Below the pieces are notes generated by a model. That model did not search any database and was not told the DNA's origin. It was given only the letters and a program-made list of their open reading frames with translations. A stretch of DNA of 64,000 nucleotides from Ginglymostoma cirratum (lineage: Eukaryota): contig JAHRHZ010000063.1 of the NCBI GenBank assembly GCA_024137785.1, positions 21,263,281 to 21,327,280 of the forward strand, written 5' to 3'. This document shows, in pieces, positions 1-12,145 of the stretch. The translations under genes were made by a program, and so were the position numbers. Numbering within the stretch: position 1 is the stretch's first letter; every line of letters begins with the position of its first letter.

Positions 1-158
1 CGGGCCTAAACCCTTCATCAGAAATCATTTCTGATGAAGGGTTTAGGCCCGAAACGTCAAGTTTTCCTGCTCCTATGATGCTGCTTGACCTGCTGTGTTC
101 ATCCAGCCCCATGCTTGTTATCTCGGATTCTCCAGCATCTGCAGTACCTTTTATCTCT
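1..158. mobile_element. Penelope-like 3' terminal remnant in self-inverted arrangement with minimal hammerhead ribozyme core (left part cut by window edge)
   Basis: Perfect inverted repeat 1-25/27-51. Contains CTGATGA-agggtttaggccc-GAAACGTC. Sequence from ~27 to 158 is the reverse complement of the terminus (~38534-38663) of the GIY-YIG-encoding element. Confidence 0.85.
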
Positions 159-432
159 AATATTCTGGGGACCCAGGTTTGAATCCTGCCATGGCAGATG
201 GTGGAATTTGAATTCAATCAATATCTGGAACTGAGAGTCCAATGATGACCATCTGGTTCACTAGTGTCCTTTCGGGAAAGCAACTGCCATCCTTGCCTGG
301 TCTGACCTACATGTGACTCCGGACCCGCAGCAATATGGTTGACTCTTAACTGCCCTTTGGACAATTAGGGATGGGCAATAAATGCTGCCTGGCCAGTGAC
401 GCCCTCATCCAGTGAATGAATAAAGGAAAAAA
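159..432 (+). mobile_element. tRNA-derived SINE whose 3' tail matches the LINE at 33.6-34.8 kb
   Basis: B-box-like GGTTTGAATCC at ~177. Tail gggcaataaatgctg...cagtgacgccctcatcc...gaatgaataaa resembles 34740-34795. Confidence 0.7.
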
Positions 433-1870
433 TAACAAAGGTCCCAGGACCGACCCCTGTGGCACACCACTAGTCACAGGCCTTCAGTCCAAATAACAAC
501 CATCACCCTCTGCTTCCTACCATTGAGCCAGTTTTAAATCCAATTAGCTAGCTCTCCCTGGATCCCATGCGATCTAACCTTCAAGACTAACCTGCCATAC
601 AGGACCTTGTCAAAGGCCTTACTAAAGTCCATATAGACAACATCCACTGCCCTACCCTCATCTATCTTCTTGGATACCTCTTCGAGAAGCTCTAAAGAGA
701 TTTGTCAGACATGACTTCCCACACACAAATCTATGCTGACTATTCCTAATCACACCTTCATTATCCAAATGTTGGTTGATCCTGTCCCTAAGTACCCTCT
801 CCAATAACTTTCTTACGACGGACGTCAGGCTCACTGGCCTGTAGTTCCCTGACTTGTCTTTGCTATCTTTCATAAACAATGGAACAACATTACCCACCCT
901 CCAGTCTTCCGGAACTTCAGTGGCTAAAGATGAAGCAAAAATCTCTGCGAGGGCCTCTGAAATTTGTTCCCTAACCTCCCACAATGTACAAGGATGGACT
1001 TGATCAGGCCCAGGGGACTTATCCACATTAATGCGATCTAAGGCTGCAAACACCTTCTCTCTGGTAAAATGCATGCTGTCCAAAACATCCCCACTAGTTT
1101 CCCTTATTTCCTTAGCATCCATGATTTTCGCTTCAGTAAACATGGAGGAGAAATATTCATTAAAAATCTCCCCGTCTCATTTCTCTCCATACAGACGGCC
1201 ATGTTGATCTTTAAAGGGACCTATTCTCTCCCTAGCCACCCTTTTACTCTTAATATAGCTATAGAACCTCTTGGGATTACCTTCACCCCTATCTGCCAGA
1301 TCCATCTCATACCTTCTTTTTGCTCTTCTGATTTGGTAACTGTAATTTCCTTGACTTCCTCCATTCCATGACTTATAACTATTTCTGGGATGTTACTTAT
1401 ATCCTCCATTGTAAGGGCAAATGCAAAAAAGTTGTTCAATTCATCTGCAATCTCCTTCTATTCCATTACTACTCCCCAGATTCACTTTCAACAGGACCAA
1501 AGCTCACTTTGTTAACGCTTCTTAACTTTTCTATAGAAATTGTTACCATCTGTTTTTATATTTCCAGTTAGCTTTCTCTCATACCATGACTTTTCCTTCC
1601 TATTAATCCTTTAGCCAATCTTTGCTGTTTTTAAATCCCGTTCACCCTTCTGACCTGCCACCCATCTTTGTACCATTTTATTTCTTTAAATTCAATACTA
1701 ACATTTTTTTAGTTAACTGTGGATGTTAGGGCCTCCCTTGGAATTTATCCATCCTGTGTATTCTGAAATTTCCCCATAAATATTAATACTATATTTCTAT
1801 TCACCTATGCCTAACCTAATTTCCCAATTCATTCTCGCTACTTCTGCTTTTATGTCCTTATAAATGTATC
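433..1870 (-). mobile_element. CR1-clade LINE fragment (ORF2 RT region, decayed)
   Basis: ORF 658-1143 carries CR1 ORF2 motifs KSPGPDQVHP, VPEDWRVGNVVPLF, GNYRPVSLTSVVRKLLE, SQHRFVCGKSCLTNL. It is frameshifted, and more decayed CR1-like sequence continues to ~1.87 kb (possibly a second older copy). Confidence 0.9.
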
Positions 1871-2199
1871 TGTTTCTCTATCCCTCAAACTGAATATCAA
1901 AAGATTATCTGCCCATTAAGATTGTTTATGAGATCTTGTTATATGCAAATGGATGTCCTGTTTCCTACATTACAACTTTTCAAAAGTATTTAATTGATTG
2001 TGAGGCACTCTGGTAACATCTCAAGATTGTCAAATCCATTTATGTCTTCTCAAACCATTGTCCAAGCTTCAAAATTTTCCTTCTGCCAATTACAAGCCAA
2101 TAAAAACCGGTGATGCTAATAACCATCACCTGTTGTCAACAGTGCCACAGGTGTCCTACCAGAGTTTTTTTAAAAATTGCCAGCAGAACCTACGATTTT

Positions 2200-2570
2200 C
2201 TTTATTCTTTCATGTGCGTGGGCATTGGCTGACAAGGTAAATCTTTGGTACCCATCCCTAATTGCACTGGAACTAACAGCAGGGATTAAAAGTCAACCAC
2301 ATTACTGTGGGTGGGTCTGGAGTCACATGTAGTCTAAACCAGATAAGGATGGTAAATATCCTTCCTTAAAATGACATTTATGAATGAAATGGACTTTTGT
2401 AAGAATCATTGACGATCATCATGATCAAAATCATTGGGACTGAGTTTTCAATTGCAGATTTTACCAATTGAATTTAAAAATCGCTCCAATTGCCATGGCG
2501 AGATTTGAACACATGCCCAAGACTATAGCCTGGGCTCCTGAATGACTAAACCAATGACATTACTCAAATT
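2200..2570 (-). mobile_element. Decayed SINE, same family as 159-432
   Basis: Reverse-complement similarity to 159-432 (cccatccctaattg, ggagtcacatgtag, gccatggcgagatttgaac). Confidence 0.6.
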
Positions 2571-2779
2571 ATCTCGTCACACATTTTACAATGATACAAT
2601 GCTTCACACCCCGCTGTCTCTGCATCCCCAAATCATGGGGACTCTGCCATCTCTCTTTCAGACTTAGGTGGTATAGAATGGAAGGTGGTGGGAACAGCAC
2701 AACTGAAAGGGGCTTTGTATTTCCTCAGTCCTACAGAGATGTACTATATTAGCCAATCTCAGTAATATTGGCCAGGAAA

Positions 2780-3000
2780 CAGGAACTGATTGTTATAAAA
2801 ACCCATCTGGTTCATTATACTTTTTTTTAGGAAAGGAAGCATCTCATCTTTATCAGCCTGGTCTACATATGGCTCCAGATCCACAACAATTTAGTTGACT
2901 TTTGAATGGTGTAACAGTCACTCAGTTCCAGGACAATTAGGCACGGCACCAAATCCTGACCTTGCAAGTGACACCTACATCAAATAAAGGAATAATTTTC
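2780..3000 (+). mobile_element. Decayed SINE 3' half, same family as 159-432
   Basis: Blocks ccatctggttca, ggtctacatatggctccagatccaca and ggacaattagg are shared with 250-370. Confidence 0.55.
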
Positions 3001-3878
3001 TTTAACATTCTGATGTTTGAAAATGCTTTGCATTTTAAAAAAATCAAATTGGAGTTTTTACTTTCCACTATAAAATGGGCCATTCCACGAACATTATGTA
3101 TTTAGCTGTATCTTCTGCCAACACACAAGAAAAGGAAATTGATGCATTTGATACAATCATTGTGTAACACCACTGCAACTGGATCCATAGTAGTGTGGCC
3201 GGTGTTGCTCCTTCTTTCTCACCAAAGCATTTTCCAGTCCTTTTGATGCCTCACCTACAGCAACATTCTCCTCACCCCTTCCCACTCAGCTCACCATTAC
3301 CCTCACTGGTCTGTTCACTGCTCTGTTCTCCTCTCCCCTTCCCGACGTGTTCATTACAAGGTACATCCCAAATCCTGCAGCTAAATGTATTCATTCTTCT
3401 GCTTGAAACACTGCCTACATATCTACACATTTTAAAGAGTGGAGGATATGGGTGAATTGGTTGCTTCAGTATATTTATCAGTAATTTTTCATTAGTGAAC
3501 ATTTGTGGTGTTCCCCTAGAAGGTGTCATTGCAAAGTGTCCAACGATATCACAAGCATTGCAACTGCTCACCAAGTGTTGCATTGGCAACAAATTTATTT
3601 TTGTTGTTTTGTAGCATTTTAGAAAAATCTACATTTTGATGCAGTTGTACATTTTATTACCCAACATTTTCAGAATATATAATTGCACAGGTTTTGTGAT
3701 TGGAACAATATTTGGGCTGTGAATATTCATTACTATTCCGCAATAAATCAACAAGCAATACAGAAATCAGGAAGTTGCAGTACAATTTTACCTGCCCTTG
3801 CACGAACATCACAAAACTGTAGTTTGCGAATATTTTTGGCATTCAATCATGTGCAGACTGGTAACTTCATGTACTTAC

Positions 3879-3985
3879 CATTTGATCCCATTAAATACTA
3901 CAGGAAGAGTACAGGCTTGTCCATTCAAGAGTGAGCAAATTGTTAACATCTTGATCCTTCTTAATTACTGCCAACCTCTCAGGCC
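3879..3985 (-). ncRNA. Candidate non-coding exon of a minus-strand transcript
   Basis: Minus strand: acceptor ...atatttcaag|GCC and strong donor ATG|gtaagt. Stops in all three frames. Confidence 0.2.
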
Positions 3986-5699
3986 TTGAAATATTTACAA
4001 GAATAGGATCTTATTCCTTCAGATGTTAATTACTGTTCGAGGTTAAAAACATGGGTCTTATTTTACTTTCTCTTTGTCTCTTTTATCCCTTCACTTAATC
4101 CCATTTATCTTTCCCTCTGTATATAGTTTTAACTTGAATTAAATATTTTGGCTTACACTTCTCAGCTTAGTCTTTGCATGGCAAAACAAGTATTCTTCAA
4201 TCTATTTGGTTGCTAATGCTCATCCTGTTCACAGAGGGTCCCAAACCCTTGAAGAGGAAACTGCGCTGAACCAAATTCCTAATGATTCAAAATTGTTGCA
4301 CAGAAAACCATGACAAGCATGTGGAAAGCTACTAATGCAATCAAAGTCAAGTGCCAATTTTTGTTGCCATCTTGTATGGGTGGTAGAGGCAGAAATCCTC
4401 ATAACATTTGAGAAGTATTCAAATGTATGCCTTGGCATCACAAGTGTACAAGTCTACAGGCCAAGCGCTGGAAAATAGGATTAGAATAGTTAGGTGATTG
4501 AGTCTGTGCTGGTCAAAAACAATGGGCTGAAGGGTCTTTTTCTGTGCTGTAGATCTCTACAAGACTATGCCTTTAAAACCTGGTTTATTGATAAAATTGT
4601 AGAATCTTTCTTCTTCCCTGACAGCTGTGTATCTGTGCGAGCCTCTGAATCATAAATATGCACTTGACCCCACAACTCCAAAGACTCTAGACTGATAGTC
4701 CATGGCTGCAGTGTTGTAGCTATCACCCTTTGAATGAGATATTAAGCTAAGATCCTGCCTGCCTCCCATAGATCGAAAAAGTTTATCCAGGTTTTTCCCT
4801 CAAATTATATCACAAACACAAACCCGGTTTGTGGAAGCTTGCTCATGCCAATTGATTGCCACAAACCCTATGTTAGGCATTGGCCACATTTTAACGCACT
4901 TCATTCACTAAAATCAAGAAGGAAACAGTAGCCCCAATGTCCTTGTCACATTCCACTTTCAGTTCAGTGATAGCATGTTTCATCCCTCACAAGGAGCAAA
5001 ATTGAATGTTGTGCCCCTATTAGTGGTAGGAAGGCATTTAATCAAGCAGGAGAGTGGTCATTCATGGCCCTACCACATTCATGATGCAACGTGATGAACT
5101 CTGCGGCAAAAAGGCACTTGGATGGCCCTTCTCACCTGCCATTAATTGAGGCCTTTAGTTGAGCAATTAATGCCCACTTTAGAGCCTCATGTTGCTGCAA
5201 CTGGTATTAACACAGCAGTAGGCATGGAGCCTTGTCATCCAGGGAGCACAATAAGCAAACTCTAGCATGATTGCTTGGAGCGCTCGTTGGGCTGCACCTC
5301 ATTCAAAGACACCCTGATCAAGGAACCCAACTTTAGAAAGGTGTGCCTACTGAGAGTCACCACCCCTCACCTTGCTGCTGGCCTCCCTCACTATTCCCCT
5401 GGGTCTCCCACTCTGCAGCTCCTCCCACCATCACTCACCTCTGACCGAGAATGCAGAGGCGATCTATTGTCCCAGGTAGGTATAGCATCAGCAGCAGCCA
5501 CCGCCTCCCCGGTTCCCTGCAGTTCAATACTGCTCTCAGCCTTTAATTCGTAGGTGGACCTTCCACCCCCAGAGTCCTTGATCACAGTGAAAACCTACTG
5601 CTGCCCAGTTTGGTGCCTGTGTGTCACTTTATATGGCAATGCAAGGCTCTCTCTAGCTTTTGAGTTCCCTTTTACAATCTCCAAGCCTCCCAAACTGTT

Positions 5700-6060
5700 T
5701 AAAACAAAATGAAGAATAACCACTATTGCAATGGAAAGAAGCAGCAGCTAATTTCTTCATGGCACACTCACATAAAGAGCAATGTCATAAATGACCAGAT
5801 CCCCTGCTGCTGGTATTGCTTGAAGACATTGAGTGGATGGGTCCTACTCTTCTTTGAATAATGCAATGGAATATTTTACATACATTTGAGCAGGTAGCTT
5901 GCACCTTGATTCACTGCATCATTGAATGACAAAGTCAGAGAGTGGAGCACTCCATCAGTCCTGAATCAACCTAGGCTGAGTGCTCAAGACCCTTGAGTGA
6001 TGCATTGAACCTATGAACCTCTGACTCAGAAGTGAAAATGCTACCCATGGTTAGCACCTA
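5700..6060 (-). mobile_element. Deu-domain SINE (SacSINE1/AmnSINE1-like), decayed
   Basis: Reverse complement of the family at 32410-32850 (agcactccatcagt, gtgctcaag, ctctgactcagaagtgaaaatgctacc). Confidence 0.65.
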
Positions 6061-6452
6061 ACTTATCATCCAGAGGTAATTTATCCCTGCCTGATTGAAT
6101 ATGAGACAAAGTTACAATCTTTCTTGAATTAGCTCTCACTATCTTTGAGATCTGTGTTTTGGCCTTAAGATTGCCAATTTGTTGGCAGAATGGTAAGCAA
6201 GATCTGAATCTACAGCCAGCAACAATGTTGCAAAGTTAAATTTTACACAATATGTATTGCAAGCTCCTTCAACAAGTGAAAATATATTTTACAATGTCAG
6301 ATAGTATAGCAGGTACAATATAGATCTTAAATGGAAGAATCACAATATACTTAAGTCATTTCAATTGCATTGTAAACATTATTCACTTAAAACAGTGTTT
6401 ATAAAATTGATTTTGTGACAGTATGCACTAGCTAATGATTTCAAATTTCTAC

Positions 6453-6853
6453 CTTTGTTTGTCCCTTCTTCTTTTCCATCATCAGCTCTGAAATGTCACC
6501 CAGCCTGTCTGCTTCTTTGAAGTCTTTCTGTGTTTGTGAGCTGCCCACAAAAGCTTAGACATATTAAGATGTTCCTTCCAACAATCCCAGTGAATTCAGC
6601 TGCAACTTCATCGAAAGGTGACAGCATCGCGGCGCAGAATGGCAGGACATTGATTCACACCTCCAATTTCCCTTCGTGTTGAGATGCTCAATCTGAGCTG
6701 GGTCATCAGCCGAAAGCATCAAGCTGAGCTAAGGCCCTCCTCCTGCAGAGTGGGATAATTGAGGGCAAGTCAACCTGGTTTGCTCTGGTGCACCTGGTTA
6801 TGGAGTGGAGTTAGCAGACATCTTTTGGTAGGTCATCTGCTTCAGCTTCTTTG
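6453..6853 (-). ncRNA. Candidate 401-nt exon of a minus-strand transcript, mostly non-coding; last 30 nt could encode MMEKKKGQTK
   Basis: Strong acceptor ccttttactgtctgtctccccag|CAA and donor AAAG|gtagaa. Unique, non-repeat sequence richer in GC than its flanks. Stops in all frames before the ATG at 6482. Confidence 0.4.
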
Positions 6854-7108
6854 CTGGGGAGACAGACAGTAAAAGGTAGTATTAAGATTAAAAATATGAA
6901 AAATGAAGTGGTTGTAAAGAGGACAAATGAAACATGTTTTGAAAAGATCTTTAAACAGAACTTCATAACTTATATCTCCAAACAGCACACTATTTTTTAT
7001 CTGTCAAGTCGTTGAACATCTCTCATTTCAACTCCCTAAATTTCACAAGACATTTTGATTTTACAGGTTATAGATTATATAAAATTCAGGGGGTGAGATG
7101 TGGCATAC

Positions 7109-7284
7109 CTAACTGGGGTTCAATTAAGGTGTAAATCTAAAAATGTTGAAAGCCCTGGAATCAATAATATTCCGTTATTTATAGATGTGTATATCACAAA
7201 GCCATCAAAAATGAGAGAAATGCTTCCTCAGAAAAGACAAAAGCTCTCTAAGCCATCTTAGTATCGAGTGAATTCAGTAAGAAC
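7109..7284 (-). ncRNA. Candidate 176-nt non-coding exon of the same minus-strand transcript
   Basis: Acceptor ttttctaatcatttgcacag|G with a CTAAT branch-like motif, and donor TTAG|gtatgc. Stops in all frames. It would give a 255-nt intron to the 6853 exon. Confidence 0.3.
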
Positions 7285-7314
7285 CTGTGCAAATGATTAG
7301 AAAATAACTCTGTA

Positions 7315-7343
7315 GCTCCCTCTAGTAGGGGTTGCCTAGTAAC
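7315..7343. promoter_or_regulatory. Adjacent CTCF-like and RFX X-box motifs
   Basis: Minus-strand CTACTAGAGGGAGC (7315-7328), and GTTGCCTAGTAAC (7331-7343) matching the RFX consensus GTNRCC-N0-3-RGYAAC. Confidence 0.35.
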
Positions 7344-7639
7344 CACTGAAGGCCATCTACATTAACCATTCCCTTTCCATTTCTTTGCTGTTGCCATAAC
7401 TTGCATTTATTTGATGGTATAAATTCCTCCATTTTCACCCCAAGCTCCTAGGGTACAATTTCATCCATTGACTAATCTTACAATCAGACAAAACAAATAT
7501 ATTCGGCTATAAATATTTATATGCAGTAACAGGAACTAATCCTGAGGGGTGACGGCTTCTTAGAATTTATTCAGGGCTGTTTCATCAACTAGTATTCTGA
7601 ACAAAACATTGCAGAAAACACTATTAGATGTGGTACTGA

Positions 7640-9320
7640 GCCACGTCAGAGAACTAAGTGACCTGAAGGTAAAAGAACACTAAGTAAATAGTGACAATAG
7701 CTAATTAGTTTTGCATTGGAATAGTTAAAGGAGGAATCAGAAGTACGAGTAGTGGACTGGAAATGAGTTAATTTCAGTGGAGTGAAAAGGGATCTGGCAC
7801 AAATTAATTGATTGGAAAAATAGCAGATTAAACACAGATCAGCAGTTGGAGATATTTAAATATGGGATAGACAAGGCACTGGCGGATGATGTTCTGATTT
7901 TAGGCAACAAAAATGTGTCAGAGGTTAGGATTCTACATACGTAGCAATTACAGCAAAAAGCACCCTAAAAAGTGACATAAAGATACAGGTTACAAAAAAA
8001 AAGTGATAACCATAGAAGGTGTAAAATAGGAAGGACATGATATAATCAGGTTTAAGGCAGAAGATGCATAAAGCCTGCTGCTGAATGTGGAGAAAAATAA
8101 CAAGGCCTTTATAAGTATCTAGAAACATCTTTGCTTGAGGAGAAAGGGAAAGCAGAGATCCTGAATCGGTATTACTCCCATTTTCTTTTACAGAGGAGGT
8201 TGAAAGTGGAACTGTACAAGGACCTACTGATGTATTCAAATAGTCAATCATAGAAACCCTACAGTATGGAAGCAGGCCATTCGGCCCATCAAGTCAACAC
8301 TGACCCTCTGAAGAGCATGCCACCCAGATCCACCCACCCTATCACTCTGCATTTCCCATAGCTAATTCATCTAGCCCGTACATCTTTGGATTGTGAAACC
8401 GGAGCATCTGGAGGAAACCCATGCTGACATGGGGAGAATTTGCAAACATTACACGGTCACCCAAGGGTGGAATCAAACCCAGTTCCCTTACACTGTGAGG
8501 CCACCACACTGCCCAATGGGACAGAAAATAATATGGTCACGTAGCACAGCTGATGGACATTCCAGAGTACCGAGTGAGTTACAGAGCAGTTAGGGGAAAG
8601 TTGTGTCAAAAGCCAAGCCTAGAAGATGTCAAATATCACATCACTGTTTGAGAAAGTGAAAAAAATAAGCCTGGACATTTCTGGCCTGGTGTGTGTAAAT
8701 GTTGGAGTCTGAAACACTGGATGAAATTCACAAAGATTTTACTAATTGCGGCTAATGAGAGACAGTCAGAAAAGATTTGATGAGTCAAGTCATTCATGAG
8801 TAACTGAATTTTTCAAGGCAGTTGCAGAACATTTAGGTAAAGGAAATGAAGGTTCAGTATGTATAGTAATTTACAGAATGTTAATATCAATAATGTTTCA
8901 TTTAAATTAGGAATCATAGTATAAAAAAGGCAATGTAACTGCATGAACCAAAAGATAATTGGGGGACAAAATACAGCAGAGGGATATATGTTTGGCTTTG
9001 GATTGATAGCATGTTGATAATGTTGTTGTACACAGGGCTTTTTTCTGTAATCCAAAAGAATTATATTGAAACTGCATGATTATAACCTATTAGGAAGGAT
9101 AAGAAATAAAGAGAAAGCATGTTAGAGATAGCCAGTGGACACAGTATACCAGAGCATGCTGACAGATGGCCGAAATAGGGTCTCAGTGCAGAAAAAACGT
9201 GAACTGGTACATTTTAGGAAAATTAACAATGAAAGGAAGTGTACTCCAAATGGTAAGATTCTTAATGGAATGAAGTGAATCTAATGGAAGCTTTCAAATT
9301 TTGAAAAGGAAACATTGAGT
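7640..9320 (+). mobile_element. Highly decayed CR1-like LINE, interrupted by an HE1 SINE
   Basis: Scattered CR1-like blocks (aaggtttaaggcagaag, tctttacagaggagg, agtgcagaaaaaaacgtgaactggtacattttagg, aatctaatggaagctttcaaatt). No intact ORF. Confidence 0.45.
8247..8514 (-). mobile_element. HE1 SINE (V-SINE, elasmobranch)
   Basis: Reverse-complement match to 9864-10186 (gaaaccggagcatctggaggaaacccatgc, gtgagg...ccaccacactgccc) with CR1/HER1-type tail. Confidence 0.85.
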
Positions 9321-9863
9321 CGACTGGTGGATGGTGGGGGTGATTATTTCCATTGCAAGGAAAGGGAAAGTTTAAACAGATGCTTGCACATGGAGTTATT
9401 ACAACATGGTTAAACATAGTTATTAAAACAAGGACTAGAATATGAAACAAATTAGAAAAAAATAGCTGAAAGATGGTATTAGAATGGAAGGCTACAACTG
9501 AAGAACGAGCCACACATCATCTTCTGTGTTTCCTGTATTTTTCTTTAACATTTAATTTCTAATGTCCTAAAGAATCTTTGATTAAGATATTCTAATTCTG
9601 TCAGAATCACACAAAAATCTGCCTTTACAGAATAAATTTATTTTCAATCCCGAGACTTTCTGTTGAACAGTTTAGATGCAATGCAATACGTAAGTGTGGA
9701 ACTGGTTCAGAAATGTCTGTCAAGTTTGACGCAGCCCATGGATGTATCCTCTTCTACATGAACTTTATATTATGCATTTTCAATCAACACACCTACAATA
9801 TTTAAAAAACAAAAGAGAAATGTTTGGGTTTACAAAAAGAATTATGGATAATCAAAGTTCATA

Positions 9864-10186
9864 GACGGTGGCACAGTGGTTAGCACTGCTGCCTCACAGC
9901 ACCAGAGGCCCGGGTTCAATTCCACCCTCGGGCAACTGTCTGTGTGGAGTTTGCATACTCTCCATGTGTCTGCGTGGGTTTCCTCTGGGTGCTCCGGTTT
10001 CCTCCCACAGTCCAAAGATGTGCAGGCTAGATGAATTGGCCATGCTAAATTGCCCGTAGTGTTCAGGGATGTGTAGATTAGGTGGGTTATAGGGGAATGG
10101 GTTTGGGTGAGTGCTCTAAGGATCAGCGTGGACTTGTTGGGCCGCAGGGCCTGTTTCCACACTGTGGGGATTCTACGATCTATGAT
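9864..10186 (+). mobile_element. HE1 SINE (V-SINE, elasmobranch), near full length
   Basis: tRNA-like head GGTGGCACAGTGGTTAGCACTGCTGCCTCACAG...GGTTCAATTCC, V-domain GTGTGGAGTTTGCA...GGGTGCTCCGGTTTCCTCCCAC, tail GGGCCTGTTTCCACACTG. Confidence 0.92.
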
Positions 10187-12145
10187 GACCAGAATCTTAC
10201 ATTGATTTGGTTATTACACTGTAGAGTGGCACGGCTAGTAGTTTGCAAATCAAAGTAAAAGGGGTACATACAGACAGAAAAGTGATAAATAAATTCCATC
10301 TGCATATCACACACACACACAAATCCAAAATTGTAATTAATATATAAAAAAAGAGAAAATATTCCTAATAAATTTCCAATTCAAGGAATAAACTTAAATA
10401 CAAAACTGCAACCAAACATTGAATATATCCACATATTTTTGTCTTTGTTGCATTCTAAGCATTAAACATTGCAAATCTTTGCAAATTTTGTCTCATTGAA
10501 GAAGGTGACCGAAATTGACTTAATCTGAAATGGTGTTGAAGGTTTATATTGCCTTTGATTGAATCATTTCATGAATCATTACGTGGACTGTAGCACAAGG
10601 ACTTACAAATGAGCTATTTCTATCTTGGTAAACAAGCTGTCCATCTGACACAATTTCAGGTATATTCTATCTTTTGTCTCTTTCCAACTAGTTGTGTTTC
10701 TATTAATCTATCTATCTATAATTCAATTTTACATAGAATGTATAACACCAACATTCATCTGTATGTCAATGCTTATACTTCAAAACAGGTCTCTTCCCAC
10801 TCCAGTTATTTCATTACACCTTATCCACACATTCCTCTGTTCCTCTGTTCCTCTTTACCTAGCTTCTGCTTAAATGCACCCATACTTCGATCATTTTACT
10901 GGGCTTATATGTATTCCACACACAATCAGAAAATGAGCAGTTGCTGTAATTTTTCCAGGTTATTTTAGGCTGCTCACTCAGATACTGTATAGAGCAAAAA
11001 GACAAATGTAGAGAAGAATTCACCAGTTGTGTGCATATTTTATATAATTAGCAGATTTTACTAACAGAACATAACATTTCAGGTATTTTTTTCCCGTATC
11101 ATCGCAGCAAAAAAAAAAAATCACAATTAATGTCTTTCATTTTGCTATGATGCTATCAATGCAATAGAGTAAAGACTATGTATAGTTTTAAATTTTTACA
11201 TACAGACAGAAAGATCCAACATTATATCTTTTGTCAATCAGATGACTCACTCAGAAAAAGGTTTAACAATATTGACATGAAGCTGGTTGTTAAACAAAAC
11301 CACATTTCTCCTGTGCCCCTGGGGCTAGACAAAACTGTGATCCATCAAGGAGGACATGTTTCACATCGAACAGTTTCATCGACGGTGAATGTTTGGGCCA
11401 GGTTATCTAAGTAGGAAGCTTCATGTCTGTTAAAACAATAATGAACCCTCAACCCATTCCAGTATTTTTAAGAAGCACATGTCTGTTATGCCATGTGATA
11501 ATTAGATCCTGCATAAACATTGTATTAACTGAACCAGAAATTAGTCAGAGGTTCCATACCAATAGAAACATCCCAATTTAGTGTTGTGGGATTAGGAATG
11601 TTTAAACATATATCCACCTAAATTAAAATGCTTAATTTTGTTAGCTTTAATATCATAATAGTGATGTGTATAACAAAGTAATGAAACATGTAGTCTGATT
11701 AGGTTTTAAAAAAGATAATATTGTATTCAAAAAGAGTTAGATATTTCATTCTTCTGCAACACAGTTTTATGCTGCATAAAATGCATATTTCTGAAACATT
11801 TTTCCAGCCAAAACAAATATTTTTAATTTTAATGCTTATCAGATTGCATTATTGAAATCATTTTTGGTGTCTCAGTCAGTATGGTAGGATGATATTTGTT
11901 TATATACTACGGTTAGCAAGGTTCTCACTATTATTCATTTGTTAACAGGGTACCTTTAGCATCCTGCTAAACCAGACAGTCTTTCAGATGAGACATTAAA
12001 CCAAGCCCTCTCAGATAGAGAAAAGAGGTCCCACAGTAGTATTGTGAAGAACAGGTGAGCCATTCCAATACCCTGCCTAATATTTATCTCTAAACCAAAG
12101 TCACCAAAAAACCCGGTCATTTTCTAATTGCATTTCCCATCTATA

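Noticed and set aside
3272-3592. 106-aa minus-strand ORF as a protein-coding exon
   Set aside because: Non-ATG start, no recognisable domain, no convincing splice boundaries.
4990-5650. GC-richer block with a CATTAATTG...CAATTAATG inverted motif as an exon or enhancer
   Set aside because: Looks like an old unclassified repeat; family and boundaries could not be supported.
6453-6482. First coding exon of Rcn1 or another known neighbour
   Set aside because: MMEKKKGQTK has no signal peptide or recognisable homology, and no open downstream exon was found.
9864-9940. tRNA gene
   Set aside because: It is the tRNA-derived head of an HE1 SINE and continues into the V-domain and LINE tail.
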